DNA from: the human T2T-CHM13v2.0 reference genome, Homo sapiens
Assembly: GCF_009914755.1 (NCBI RefSeq)
Contig: NC_060930.1
Length of the DNA stretch: 64,000 bases
Strand: one strand, 5' to 3'
The translations under genes and the position numbers were made by a program. The notes under the pieces were generated by a model. It was not told the origin of the DNA. It searched no databases and was given only the letters and a program-made list of their open reading frames with translations. The number at the start of each line of letters is the position of its first letter. The stretch's first letter is position 1. Shown piece by piece: positions 26,326 to 40,487 of the stretch.

Positions 26326-28179
26326 CTAAAAAGATAATTTGTTTCCATTATAAAATTTCTACACTAAAAAAATTAGCTGACTCTGCATAGTTTAGATCAG
26401 ATTTTTTTGAAGTTTTTTAAGCTATTCTCATCCTAAATCAAAAGTCTTACTCTGAAAATCCAAGAGCAGTTGGCAATGTTGATGAAATCATTTGCTAATA
26501 ATATGAAATTAGACAAGCCACTTAACCTCTGGTCTCAGTTTCCTACAAACACATACACTTGCATAATTTCTTATTTTCCCACTATCTACTCTTACTGAGA
26601 TGACCAGAGAGGATATAGTAGATGAAATGACTTTGTAAGCTATAAAGAGCTACCCAAGTAGAGGTTAATAAATCATGTATATACTATTATATTCACTACA
26701 AAGAAATTTCAGATGTCTTCCACTAATTTTACTAAATTCAACTTTCAGTTTGTTGTTCCCCAATCTCAGGCAGAAATAATCTGCATACCATATAGATACC
26801 TCATACAGTAAAGAACTAGCACATGTCTTCTATAGGGATTCAACTCTGGAAATCGATAGAATTCAGGATTCAATTTTCTTTTAAGGAAAGAAGTTTATAT
26901 TGATTTATTTTTCGTTTGCTACTGAAGACACACAGAATGTTAACAACTCTATTAGTATAGATAATTAATAAAATGTTTGTATTTCAACAATGTAAAGAAT
27001 GGTCCTGGGTAATCCTTGTCTTTATAGTTATGCTCAGAGTTTCTACTTATCACAGCACAAATACTCAAGTAAGCCCTTGATGATGACTTTGAAAAGTTTG
27101 GCAGCAAATTAAAAGGAACAGAAATTCCCTTAAATGCTCTCAGTCAGTAAGCATAAGAATAATTTCTAAAGTATTTTTAAACTAAATATTTTTCCCACAT
27201 GGAATCACCGCCAAACCATAAGTTTACTGCATCTGTGATAAATATAAATTCCATATTTCTTTTATATAAAAGTAATACATAACTTACCAAAAATAAAGTT
27301 TAAATGCCCCCAGGACAATCAACTAATACTGAACTCAAGAAGAACACCATGCTAGGATATTTTTTATCTAATAAGAACCAAAACTTTTTGGCTCATATAT
27401 GAACAACCACAGATGCAAACATTGACAAGGCATGTGAAAAACCACAGTATCCAGAAAAATTATTTCAAAATTTTTAATTTGTGACAAAATTATTCCAGGA
27501 ACACTTGTCATTGAATGCTAACCATAGAGAAACACATTCTAAAAGCACATTTTGCTATAAGGTATTCAGTGTGTTTTACTGCAGTTTAAACAAATGCATA
27601 GTTACATTTCAGATTGGGCCCTTCATCTGTAGATCATTGTGCCAAGTGTGTAGAGTAACCAATCTATTTCCTAAATGATGTGTTGTTGGTCCCAGACCAG
27701 TAGAAAAAAATAGGGACCCTCTTGTCACTCATCTCCCTTCCCAGACTCTGCCATTCTAGTTCTCTTTCTTATTATAAATGTCTCACATGAATCCATGTCA
27801 TCTTTCAACAATAGAAGGGAGACACAAAAAAAGCTTTTCAAGAGAATCCCCAGGAATGGATAACTGTCTGTCATTCCTTAATTAAACTATTTTAGTTAAT
27901 CCCTCTCCCCAAAGTTCCCTCTCCCTGTCACTAATTTCCTGCTCTTGAAATATTGCTCATTCTCATCCCAAGTTTGAAAAACTTCAATTCAGGAATTAGA
28001 CGGAAAGTGAAGAAAGAGTGCTTGAATCCTTGGCTCAGTAAAAAAATGTGAACAGCTGAGAGTGATTGAAGGTGGTACTTGAATTGATGAGATGAGAGTG
28101 GGTCAATGGGATGGGGGTATTTTATACTTGCAATTTGCAAGATGCTAGATCTTAGATTAAACTGATTCAACACATACAC

Positions 28180-28335
28180 ATACACACAATGGTAACTGTA
28201 GAGGTAATAGATATGTTAATTAGCTTGATTGTGGAGATCATTTCACAATGTATGTGTATATCGGAACATCTCATTATACAGCTGAAGTATATACAATTTT
28301 TCTATATGACATCTCAATAAAGCTGTTTAAAAAGA
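28180..28335 (+). mobile_element. L1M (L1MA/MB-like) 3' fragment
   Basis: atatgttaattagcttgattgtgg..atcatttcacaatgtat...ctcaataaagctg. Confidence 0.75.
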
Positions 28336-29333
28336 AAGAACGGGTTTAAGGAATGGAGGAGAAAAAAGAGCACAGTGGGAAAAAAGGAGAAACTAAAAGA
28401 AAGATTATTAAAATAAAAAACAAAGAAGAAGGTAGAGAATTTGGAAAGAAAAGACAGAGCTTGTGAGGAGAAAAAATAGGCATTATATAAAACCCAAGAA
28501 TGCAAATGCCTTTCTGGGGAGGCAAATGGTATAAAGAAGAGAATGTCAAAAAAAATTGTCTGATTTGCAATCATTAATATCACTACAGACCTCTAAAAAA
28601 TACTGCCTTTTAAAATTTTTAGATAAAATGAAGCATTCCATGACAGTTGGAAATTTTAAAATAACAGTTACCAAATGGTTATCAGTGGTTTAGTGGATGA
28701 TCAGATTCTCAATATCTTCAGTGGTTATGAAAGGAAAAATAAAAATAGTCCTTTTTAGCAAGTTACTCAAATGTAAGTTTCACTGAGCCACAAAAGTTCA
28801 TCAGACCTTTGCCAGATTCAACATCTAAGAACAGATAAAGATCAGTTGAAGCCAATAACACTTGCTAAAGTAGAACTTGCTTTTCTGATGAGGCATTTAT
28901 TTTACTGCACTTCACTATGGAGGTCTGTAAACCTTTAAGTAGATATACGATTGTACTCAGGGATTTTTGTTTTTCCTTTTTTTTTTGTTATCACTAATAT
29001 GTACATTGAAGCTTCCTTAAGCTTGATGAGGAGAGTCCTTTACCATCCTTATCAAAAATCTGATTAATGAATAAGAACAACACTCTGGAAAGAAAGCAAG
29101 ATTCCTCAGGAGTAGAAACAGTAAGAAATACTGCTAAATCTACTCAGGTAGAAGAAATTTCTTCAATTTTCACTTGAGAATCAGCTTGAACTGGAAACAT
29201 CTGTCTTTTATGTATAAGGGCTAATCTTTCTACATGCCACACTGGAGAAATTTTAAAGCATCTGTGCAACAACTGGTATTCCTGTTAACATAATCCAATG
29301 GATGAAGAAATACTATTAAAAAGTCAATTCCTA

Positions 29334-29540
29334 CACATAAAGGGGAACAACACACACTGCGGCCTATCAGAGGGTGTCAGGTGAAAGGAAGGAGAGGATC
29401 AGAAAAAATAACTAATGGATACTAGGCTTAATACCTGGGTGACAAAATAATCTGTATGATAAACCCCCATTACACGTTTACCCATGTAACAAACCTGCAC
29501 ATCTTGCACACATACCCCTGAACTTAAAATAGAAGTTTTT
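29334..29540 (+). mobile_element. old L1PA/L1PB 3' end
   Basis: L1 3'UTR motifs; TSD ttaaaaagtc(a/t)attccta. Confidence 0.85.
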
Positions 29541-29893
29541 TTAAAAAGTCTATTCCTAACTTCCATTCCTAACCTAGATCGTTCTTTTTATTTCTAATGC
29601 TTCTAACTTCAGTATTTTCTAAGTAAGAAGTGCTTCTTATTTGTCAACGAATTGTCCTTTAGAAACCTGAAAAAAAAAGTTTCTACTATCTGCTGGATGT
29701 TGACATACAGAAAATTGATTAAGATGATCAAGAATAGACAATCCCTAGAATGCATCTTAGAACTTTTAATAAGATTTTCTAGAGAATTGTGTTTTTAAAG
29801 AATAAGTGTGTTCACATAAAAATTAATCTCATAAACATTTATCTTAATTATTTTGGTAGATATTGATAACTTTTGGATTGATAAAAATAATTA

Positions 29894-30011
29894 TTCTGCA
29901 TTTCACTGGCATGTTTGTACTTTTCAATAAAATACAAGCAGAAGAAATATCAATTTCTGCATTTCACTGGCATGTTTGTACTTTTCAATAAAAAGCAAGC
30001 AGAAGAAATAT
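29894..30011. repeat. tandem duplication, 2 x 61 bp
   Basis: ttctgcatttcactggcatgtttgtacttttcaataaaa..caagcagaagaaatat occurs twice. Confidence 0.93.
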
Positions 30012-30361
30012 TATCAATTAAAACATAATCCACTAAAATTAAGCTTTTCAAACTAAATAACATAAAGATTCATAACCAAATGGTAAGCAGAAAAGTAGGT
30101 GGATAATGTTATATATAGTATGATTCAAATTTTAAAAAGAAATAAGCATTAAAAATAAATCAAAATATTACTCGTTATCTCTTGATTAGTATATTGTTTT
30201 ATTTTAAATATTATTTGAATTAACCAAATTCTCTAAAACAAGATTTTATTTTTAAAAGACATAGTTATAATTCTGCCAATTTAACATGACATTTTAATAA
30301 ATAATAAATTTGTTTTATATTTTTTTCTAGAAATAAGACTCAAATAATCTTATGTTTTTAC

Positions 30362-30471
30362 CTTGTGAAAACTTCCATAAAATAATGTCTTTACTTCTTC
30401 TGTGTCAAATGTAACAGTTTGCACCTCGCCTCTTGTATCCTTGTTAAAGAATGATAACGTCTTGCTAGAAG
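30362..30471 (-). CDS. COL12A1: exon 51, TSPN ([11 protein letters not shown]...GSFHK)
   Basis: AG/GT bounded, 110 nt, phase 1-0. Confidence 0.94.
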
Positions 30472-30759
30472 CTGTAATCAACATAAAAGTGTTATTAAAT
30501 CATATGCATTGTATAATTTTTATTTAAAGTATTAGCAAATAATTCTTGTTGGAGAGATTTCTTTAAAAATATAATAATTTCAGTTATGATAAAATGCAAT
30601 TAGGATATTTACTGATGTGTTATACTTGGAAAAGTTCAAACATAAAAGTATATATCAAATAAATATATATATAGTCTATATTCAGAAAGTTTTTTAAAAG
30701 AGAAAAGAAAAACATAATCAAAACTAAGTATGCATGTGCCTTAAGATAAAAATTCTTAC

Positions 30760-30902
30760 GATCTGCAATCACTCCAACTTGTGGTTTGTAGTCTCTGTCT
30801 GTGATTTGCCAAATTGCAAAAGGGTCACTGGGAGTTTCTGGGAGAAGTCTGAATAATAATATAATCGTGTATGAAGGAGGGAGTCCATTTGGGTGTAGGT
30901 CT
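30760..30902 (-). CDS. COL12A1: exon 50, TSPN ([11 protein letters not shown]...GVIAD)
   Basis: AG/GT bounded, 143 nt, phase 2-1. Confidence 0.94.
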
Positions 30903-32941
30903 CTGTTGGATAAAACAAAAGAAAGAAAAAGGAGAGGAAAGAAAAAAAGAAAGGAAGAAAGAAAGATTGATTGCTTTAACATCAAGAACAGATACTCTTT
31001 TAAATCTTTGCACCAGAATCTCATATGGGTAGTATTAGAGGCTATTTATACTAATCTGGCTCCTTCTGACTTCTCCTTAGAAGGAGAAAAATTTAGGAAG
31101 CACATCAAAAGAACAAGCACTAAAGACCAGTTATGTAAATTATAATCGATTACTTCTAATTTGATAAAGTCACAAAAGTCTGGGAAATTACAAAATAGTC
31201 TTTTATCCTACTATTAATAACTAATTTTTCTAGACACAGAGTATTATAAAATTATATGATAATTTTAGAATGATAAACATTATGACTATGGGTATCATTT
31301 AAAGAGAATGAATCTTACTAAATATACTTAATTTCCAATGTCAGCTGTATGAGATCATAAAATGGCTTAAGGTTTTAATTTCTCTCTCCCTCCCTATCAG
31401 TAATACTTTTTACACTTCCAAATTTCTCCCCTGAAATCAAATAAATCACCCCCAGAGCTCATATATTCCCAAAAACAAAATCCATTTTAAATATGAAGGC
31501 CATATACATGTGCAAACATTTAGTGATGATAAAAGGATGGGAATTGATTGAAAGGAAATGTTTATTGGCCCTCAGCTGTAAGACAGAACAAAAAACAAAA
31601 AATTGGTCCCATGTGTCCCTCCAGAGTTTAGTCAATCATTGTTCTGGGGGAATCTTTGAAGTGGAATTGATGGTTTTCTATCTGAGAACATTTAATAACA
31701 CTTTCTCCCTGAAGGTAAGAAAAAGAACCAGATAATAAGCTCATAGAAAAGAAGCTATTCCTCCATGAATTTTGATAGAGGACACAAAGCTTTCATGTCC
31801 TAATACCACACCACTAATGCCATCTTGCTTTTAAAACATATGCTCTGGGTAAGCTGACATGATGTCTTTTATACGTTCAAGAACTATCTTTATAATATTC
31901 TATGTTAAAAATATTTTCTTCACATCAACTCATCTCTCACCTAGCCCATTTTTCTCCTTCCTTAATTAGTGCTTGTGAAAAAATTATGTAATTGTATTTA
32001 TGTTTCTTTCCTTTCAGCCAAAAGTTCTGATGCTTGAGAAAACAATAGGCTGTCATAAGTTAAAATGTAGAAATCATACGCTGAGCTGACTGGAAGAGTT
32101 AAACACTGGGTATTACAGTTCACTGAAAAACCTAGAACTCCGAGCCAACATGGTTAACCATTAAAGGAGTTAGAGACTTACAATGTGGTCAAACTACAAC
32201 AATACAATCTCTGCCTCTTAAAATAAATTAGCTTTGGTTTTAGTCTGAATTTTCCATCAGCTTTCTCAGAGCATTTCATATTTCAGACATCATTCCTGAC
32301 CCTGTCCTGAGCTTACAATACCTTAATTTCTCATTGTTCTTTTCTTTCCATAAATTGGCAAACATATTTTTCAGCATAAAAAGTTTTCATTTTAATGAAT
32401 AAGAAATACAGAGTTCAGTTATCATACTCAGGTGCAAACATTCATGAAGTAAAATAACATCTACAGCTACACAACAGATTGCTAGAGCATCAGCCAATAA
32501 AAACTACATGCCAACTGTCTGATCATGGACAAGAAACACTACCTTTCATTTTCTAGAGGTCGGAAACACTAAAAAGAATGCTCTCGGTCTGCACTTATTC
32601 CATCCAGTATTCTGCACCACAGAGAGAGATGTTCAAAATATTAAGTTGCCTTCCTGTTTTAACAGCTTTTCTAGCCTTAAATTCAAAAGGGTCAGTAATC
32701 TGTTACCAGCATGAGCTTCTTGGATCTGGCAATAACGAGGCCTGAGTCTTAGTCTCCTGTGTGCAAACAACTATGTAACCTGGAAACAATTAGCCTAACT
32801 GTATTTAAGAAAACCAATCAGGGTCATCCATAAGCAGTCTTCTGACAATTCTAAAGTCCCAGGATTCTGGGAAGTCAGCAAATATTCCAAGAACTTTTTG
32901 CAGGTCTTAAGAAAAGGAAAACCTCCTGTTGTCACACTTAC

Positions 32942-33080
32942 GCTGTAGGCTGATTCACAAACGCATTCTTCTGAATCCTGTATGCTGAGTAGCTGGGGAA
33001 AGACCCTGACTCCAAAGATACTCCTTGTACAGAAGCAAAATTCTTTTCTGTCAGGTTGTATGCTTCAAGCATTTTAAAAC
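32942..33080 (-). CDS. COL12A1: exon 49, TSPN/LamG domain (FKMLEAYNL...VNQPT)
   Basis: AG/GT bounded, 139 nt, phase 1-2. Confidence 0.94.
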
Positions 33081-33176
33081 CTTTACATCAGAAAAGAAAA
33101 TATTAAACGGAGTACATTTTAATTATTTTATTGCTTAAATCTGGAAATTAATTTGCCCCAAAGTATAAATGCTTAC

Positions 33177-33215
33177 CTGGTGAGGTGTAGCCATCCAAAT
33201 AAATGAGAGGACAAC
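33177..33215 (-). CDS. COL12A1: exon 48, linker (CPLIYLDGYTSP)
   Basis: AG/GT bounded, 39 nt, phase 1-1. Confidence 0.92.
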
Positions 33216-34539
33216 CTGCAATGTACAGTGTTCTTTAAGTATGATTCACCAACACGATGTACAAATTATATATGCACAGAAAGTAGCAATGAACGTATTT
33301 CAAGTAATAAATGACATTGTTCATTTATTAAAATAACTTCTCAATTTAATATTTTATACATTATTTCTTGTACATTTCCTACGTGTAGGAGAAATACTAT
33401 TAACCAGTGTAACAAATATTTCCCTAACATTCTCTAATCCAATTGGACTTTTACAGTACTCTTAAAAATAATAAAAAAGAATTACAGGAGGAATTTTTCA
33501 CATTTTTCAATAGATTTAAAGAACTTCCCTCCCAGGGAATTTTAGATTTCTGCAAAGGTAGGAGGAGCTTGTCCATCCCCAACCCTCTTCTCTGCCAAGT
33601 CTCCAAGCCTCACACTGGCTACCAAACACCATGTAACAGTAACAAGTGTGCAGTAGTTTTTGCTCTGGACCCCTCAGAGCTGAGGGTACCAGATGGCTGC
33701 ATCCAGGACTACTTGGGACAGAAGAGAAACCACTCCAGCCCCCTACTCACTTTCATCAGTGCAGCTCCACTCCGAACTTCAGCATAAATTTTCATAGTAA
33801 ACCAACAAAGTCTGTTTACTCTAACCAGAGTTCTTGTTTTTAAAATAATGTTTAATGGAGGGGAATATTATATTTGTAAAGCATAGCCCTGTCTAGGATC
33901 AGGGGTCTGGACTAGCCACAGACCCCTGATCAATTATGTAGGATAAATTGCCTCCTGGTAATTATGGAGGATTAATTGCCTCCATAACCTATACCCCAAG
34001 AATTGGTGTTAATGGATGGTGATAAGAATAAATCGACTTAAATAATCAATTTTTGGTTCTTCACTGTAGTTAAAAAGCTGAACTTGAAAATCTAAACCCA
34101 AACAAACAAATGGGAACCAAATGAATTTCTGAGGAACCATTTTTCTTCATTGCTCTCTTGAAGCACGGATGTTGACAGAACAAATACCAATTGATTACTA
34201 ATGGGGAAAACCTTCATCTCACAGAAACGCCTTCTATATGCAATTTGAGGCTGAGATTAATTTAACCAAATGTCATAGGCATTGGGGTGGTGGGAAAAGG
34301 ATATATTGAAACACTTTATTTCCACACAAGGAAATTACATATTCAAGGCTAAAAATGGATTTCTGACAAGCACACATTTAGCATGATCGCAATAGGAACA
34401 GTGATTCATCAGGTTCTCAAGTGATTTCCCAGGATCTATTTATGCACAGACTTGATCCCACAAAGGATATAGAATTGTCTACTAAGTAATTGTTTTTCAG
34501 AATAAGTGAGGTTATAGATCCATGTTGACTGTGACTTAC

Positions 34540-34704
34540 TTGAAGTGGCAGTTTCACAAACAAATGTAATAAGATTGTCTTCGATCTTCTCAAAAGATTC
34601 AAAGTCGTCCACAATGAACACGTGCCGTTCACTTGGTTTGCTGGCAATGTTGGCAAGCTCATTGTAGTCGACATCAGCCACACCAACTACAAAGACACTG
34701 AACC
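34540..34704 (-). CDS. COL12A1: exon 47, end of vWA4 ([12 protein letters not shown]...CETATS)
   Basis: AG/GT bounded, 165 nt, phase 1-1. Confidence 0.95.
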
Positions 34705-36200
34705 CTGCAAAGTAGCATTTATAGAATGAATCACGTATCTCTTTTTCTGTCCTTGTTGTTAGAACAATGCAAAAAAATTCTTATCAGAAATGATGCTGTA
34801 TTTTCTTAATGTATGCAGCAAGTCCTTTTACTTGACGTGAACTCTCTTTAATAAATACATACTTTTTCCAGGTCTTTCTATTTTCTGGTCTAAAGAATTC
34901 ATTTAATTTGATTTCCTAAGATAAAATCCCAACAATTCAAATAGGAAGATTTTAATAGCAGAAAGACTTCATGTGGTGCACACTGCCTTCCACAGATCCA
35001 CAGTCCTGATACACACATGAGTTCTGCAGCCATTAATATTTTAAGCTTATGTGACTCAGAAGTCAAGAATGGGCTTATTTTAAAATCTGGGTTCTTGAAA
35101 CTGATTTTCTCAGGAAACTCAGGCTCAAAGGCAGAACTCTGGCCATCTTGAAAATGGAATCTACAACTCTCACTGGCAACAGACGGGCTATGACAAATAA
35201 GCAAATTTAGGCTATGACAAATAAGCACATTTTTCACTCCGAAAGCTAAATTTGACATCAGGGGAAAAAAAGCTATATAAGGAATTAGAAATATATTTAG
35301 ATATAAATAAGGTAACGTGAGAAGCAAATATTTATAAGCCCAAACTTAAATCTACCAGGAGTCACAAACATGCAGAAATCTGTGTAAGGTGTATAACATA
35401 ATGGCAATACATTTTATAAAAGATCAGCAAGAACAACCTCTATTGAAAAAAAGACAGTATGACTTAGCACTAATCATAACTCATAAATTTAGCCAAAGAA
35501 TCATGCATGTACAGATGACAAGTTCCATGTAATTACTTTATAATTTACTACAACAAATTATGCATAAGATTCTCTCTAAAAATATATCCACCTTAGACCT
35601 TGCTTGGGACAGCAGGGGGTAGGGGGGCTGTTAATGCAAGTACTGGAAAGATCTACTTTCACCTCTAATGATCTTAAATAACTAATCCAAAGAACAGTGT
35701 TACCAGGAGGCTCTCAGTATATTTGATTGGCAAGATCTATCCCACAGATGACTCCCTAAGACCTCAATACTCCTTATTTGCAACATATCTTTTAGCACTC
35801 ATTAAGTCTGCATCTGCAAAGATGTGCTAAAGCTAAAGGCTTCCTTTTTTCTCTCCTTGCACAGGAAGCAGTATCAAGATTCATTTCTGCTATGGCAGGA
35901 AGCCTGCTCTAGCATCATCTCATTATCATTGCTTTCTGTAGCCTTCCAGCCAGTATGGGAAAATGTGGTTTGCCCCTTGTCAATCCTGAACCACATCTTA
36001 TACAAAGAATACCCCATGTCATTTTTGAGCAGTTGCAAACCATTCCATAATTAAATATAAACTAGCATTACGAAGGTATACCGTGCAGAGTGAAACAGAA
36101 ACAATAAAGTAACATCAGCAAATTTAGTCTTTTGCAATCATTTGTGAACATTTAAAAATGTTAAAATTTCAAGTGCAATCAAATTCATGTATGTGCTTGC

Positions 36201-36344
36201 CTGACTGCTGGATGACCAAAGCCGCCTTCTTGACCTCATCCTGGGACCGACCGTCCGTGACCACAACCAACACCTTAGGGACATTCTTCCTCATGCCGCT
36301 CTCCCAAGTCAAGACTTTCTCCTTGATAAACGTGAGGGCCTTGC
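36201..36344 (-). CDS. COL12A1: exon 46, vWA4 (KALTFIKEK...VIQQS); ends at a GC donor
   Basis: 144 nt, phase 1-1; donor CAG|gcaagc. Confidence 0.93.
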
Positions 36345-36507
36345 CTACAGAATGTGGCATGGAAAATTTTAGTGTCACTTCAGTGAAAACTACCCAAATG
36401 CCATTAGTCACACCCAACTGATAAGAATCTGGATATCAGCATGAGATAATACACTCAGTTCTGCCACTACAAATGCTTGAAGAGTAAAGGTCTACATATA
36501 CACATAC

Positions 36508-36631
36508 CTGTTCTTGTGTTTCCTCCTCTGTACCTAATATTCTGGAGGGCCCCAAGGGCTAGGGCCTTGTCATTGTACGTGTTCAGCTTGAACTCAGACT
36601 TGACCTCATCGCTGTATTGCACAAATGAAAC
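36508..36631 (-). CDS. COL12A1: exon 45, vWA4 ([11 protein letters not shown]...GGNTRT)
   Basis: AG/GT bounded, 124 nt, phase 0-1. Confidence 0.95.
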
Positions 36632-37099
36632 CTGAAGGAAAATGTGATTTGGCAGTGAGCATAAGTCATCTCATTTTATGTTTCAATCTTCAAATGATTC
36701 TCTAGCTGCGGAATAAAGCGGTGGGGGTGTAAAAAGTATCTCAGACCTGATAGAATATTGTAAGCTCTTTATAGCTAATATTACAACACCTACTGCACTT
36801 GTCTCATTAAATTCTTTAATTTTCAATCTTCAATGAAATTGTCATAATTGGCATTAATAATGAAAATATACTATATTCACGTTGTGCCTTTCTCTAGGAC
36901 ATAGAAAGGGATGAATAAAGGTGGGGAGTGGTGAGATCCCAGGATTAGACATGAGAACATACCATCTCGAATCCAAATGTTGGTTAAACAGTTGACTCAG
37001 CCAACTGCTACTTCCCACTGACTATATCCGTTCTTTATGGCAATACAGAAATGTCACATGTGTGATTATAATCATCCCTCATCACAACCTCATTGAAAA

Positions 37100-37295
37100 T
37101 GGGATTTAGTGGAAAAAGTACAGACTTTGTACTCAGGAATCGCTGGGTTCAAATCCTAGCTCTGGCATTTAATAGCTATGTGACAATGGATTTTTTTTAT
37201 CAGTAAAATGAGGATAACTATACTTACCTTCTAGGATTGTTTTAAAGACTAATAATCCTGTATACAAAGTAACTGGTACATAGATGTTAATAAAA
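37100..37295 (+). mobile_element. MIR
   Basis: ctgggttcaaatcctagctctg...gctatgtgac...gtaaaatgaggataa core. Confidence 0.7.
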
Positions 37296-38459
37296 TATGA
37301 TCAGTATTTTTTTTAGAAATACAAATTCCTAAAAGGATGAAAAAAGCTTGCTAGTTGAATTAATGTGGTTAAATTAAGAATATAACCACATTAAATTAAG
37401 AATATAACTAGGGTGAATTTTTACTCTTCTTGGGTTGGATCAATGTCCAGAGGATTATTTGAGGATTTGAAATTTAGTATACTACTATTCCATAAAAGAG
37501 GACAAGTTTTGTTGATGAAATTGTTTGTGGTTTATTTCAAAATAGCTTATTTTCATAATGCCACAATGATGATCAAACTGCCAAAATAAAGAAGAAAATT
37601 CACCAAAGAAATGGGAAAGAAAAGGAGAGAATTGTTTTTTAAAAAGATAGTCTTCTGCTTTAAGGAGTCAATGATTTAGATAGAAGATTAGACAGAACAG
37701 AGTCACACAATTAATGACAATATGAAGTGATATTTGTTGTAATGCAGCAATATAGACAAAATAATTCAAAAGCATGGAATGGGTAAAGCCATCATGGAAC
37801 CTCACCAGAGGGGGTGAAATTTTAATTGGGTCTTTTAACTGTGTTAGGGTTACATGATGATTTATTCTTTGAGGCCCCTCCCTCATGGAAATATAAACTT
37901 CTCTAAGTACTTCAGTATAACAAATATATTTGGAGTGATTTCAGAGCAAGATAATTGGTAGTTATCCTTTTAAAAAAACAAATGAAATACGCTTTAGCTC
38001 AACAATGGACCTTCTTCTGGTCAAGGTAATTATCTGCAAAGTAATGATAGAGGCAGCAAGTTCCACACACCCACTCCAGTCACTGTTTATCACTGATTCT
38101 TCTAACTTCACAGGGGATGACAATCACAAAGAATTTAATATCCAGAACTTTGGATGAACTTCTATAGAAATGTGTCATGATTGGAAGTTTTAAGCAGGAA
38201 GTTAGAGTCCCTTAGAATCCCCTAAGTTCTCCAACAGGAATATTATCTAGCCAAAGATAAAAACTAAGGGAACATTTATTTTTCTATTGATTTATCATTT
38301 ATACCCAATTCCCTCCCAAAAATACATGAATAAAAGAAATAGCAAATAGGAGAAGGTCAAAACAGAGTTTATATTGAAAAGACTTTTTACTTAAAAAGAG
38401 AAGTTCAAAGGAAAGGCAAGACATCACAAATGAGTAGCCACTGGCGGAATGACACTAAC

Positions 38460-38599
38460 CTGAATCCCAGCAGGACTGATTTCATCAAAGCCTCCCACAG
38501 TATTGAAGATGAATTTTACAACTTTGTTAAAATTATCGTCCCCAATGCTCCAGGAGGCATCAGTCAAGAACACAATATCTGCCTTGGCCCCTTTGCATA
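38460..38599 (-). CDS. COL12A1: exon 44, start of vWA4 with MIDAS DxSxS ([17 protein letters not shown]...AGIQ)
   Basis: AG/GT bounded, 140 nt, phase 1-0. Confidence 0.95.
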
Positions 38600-38684
38600 C
38601 TGCAAAAAAAGAAAGCAGAGGAAGCCCCAAATCTCATGAATTCTTTCATTTAAATGAAATCACATAATTGAAAATGCAATATAA

Positions 38685-38835
38685 CACCTTGCTACGCAAA
38701 GTGTGGTTCTGCAGCAACAGCACTGCCTGGGAGCTTGTTAGAAATGCAGAATCTTGGGTCCTACCCCAGACTTCCTGAATCAGTACCAGCAGTAATAAGA
38801 TGACTCACATGCACAATAAATTTAAGAAGCATTGC
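38685..38835. mobile_element. MER5A
   Basis: caaagtgtggt...cctgggagcttgttagaaatgcagaatctt. Confidence 0.7.
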
Positions 38836-39016
38836 GGGGACCCTCAATACCTGCTCTGGAATTACTCCATTTGTTTAGATCCATTATGCAAAGATACAAT
38901 CTTACTTAATGGAACTCTTCAAGTAGTTTTGAACAATAAATGAGAGGAGAAATCAAATAAAAAGTTTGGAGATTTGAAATGTAATTATTAAAGATTGACT
39001 TTATGCAAATAAGTCC

Positions 39017-39298
<282 letters not shown>

Positions 39299-39439
39299 AA
39301 GTCCTTTGTAAAATTTAAATTAAGCCACTAGAATCATATGCAGGAAAGGAGAAGATTTTTATTGGAATATCTAGACTTAGAGGCTAAGAAAAAATTCCAA
39401 AAACAATTAACAAAATTTTAGTTTATAAAAACTTAGCAT

Positions 39440-39690
39440 ATAGAAGTATAACACCAAGAGTGAACCCTAACGCAAACTGTGGACTTTGGGTGGTGATGAT
39501 GTGTCAATGTAGGTTCATCGGTTGTAACAAACGTACCACTCAGATGTGGGATGTTAATAGTGGAGGAGGCTGGGCATGTGTGGGGAAGGGCAGTCTGTCT
39601 GGGAGATGAAAAATCTCTGCATCATCCCTGCAATGTTGCTATGAACCTAAAACTACTCTAGAAAATAAAGCCTATTTAAAAAGAAAAAAC
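39440..39690 (+). mobile_element. L1MC-like 3' fragment
   Basis: caagagtgaaccctaa.g.aaact.tggactttgggtg...gaacctaaaact.ctcta. Confidence 0.75.
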
Positions 39691-40487
39691 TTGTTTTTAA
39701 ACCAAGATTATTTACTGAATTTCTTTCTGTATCTAATTTAAAGGAATCCATTATTATTTTACCCCACAATAATACACTTTTAATTTTTAATTTTACTTAT
39801 ATAATAGGTTTAACGAAGTTGTAACGTTCGACATCCTTCTAAGATAAAATAAAAATATCTGAAATGCTTTCTATTAAATGCTGGAAACAGCATATGAGAA
39901 AAGAATAATACAGTAGTTATTTAACTAAATTTAATTTGACAAAGTGCTAGAGAATTGCCCTCAAATGCTGAGAGATCAACCTTAATAAATCAGTATGTCG
40001 TTTCACCAGTTCACTGCAAGTTACAATTATCTTTCAAATTTTGGTGAATGGAAAATTTTTTAGCATTGTATAATCCAGGGAACTTCTCAGGTTGGACACC
40101 AGGAATTTTAAAGCCAACAGCCTCAGGGCTTCGGTCGCAAATATAGCCAAAAGGGTTCACAGCGCTTACTGATGCCAGCAGCTAGCAGAAAGAAATGTCC
40201 ACCATGTAACTATGGACCATGGAAGACCTAAATCTGTAAAACTGAGGAAACAGACTTCCAGCTGAAGATCTGGAATAATTTATGACTGATTTTATTCACA
40301 CCAAAATGTGCCCAGAGATGGAGAGAAACAAATTACTGGTTATCTTTTCTTTCAATCTAAAAACTCTTCAGCAGCAATAATAGATCAGAAATGTTCTATA
40401 TTAATTGTAAATGATGCACATGCAGCGTAAATAAGAAGTCTGTAACTCCCTATCAGCTGAACGTATTGCCTATTTAGCTGTACTTAC

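Noticed and set aside
30801-31145. Plus-strand ORF with a basic Lys/Arg run
   Set aside because: Antisense to exon 50 and its polypyrimidine tract
34899-35327. Longest non-exonic ORF (142 aa) and similar intronic ORFs (12962, 16779, 33443, 60131)
   Set aside because: No recognisable domain or splice context; composition typical of random AT-rich frames; the 60131 ORF is antisense to exon 26
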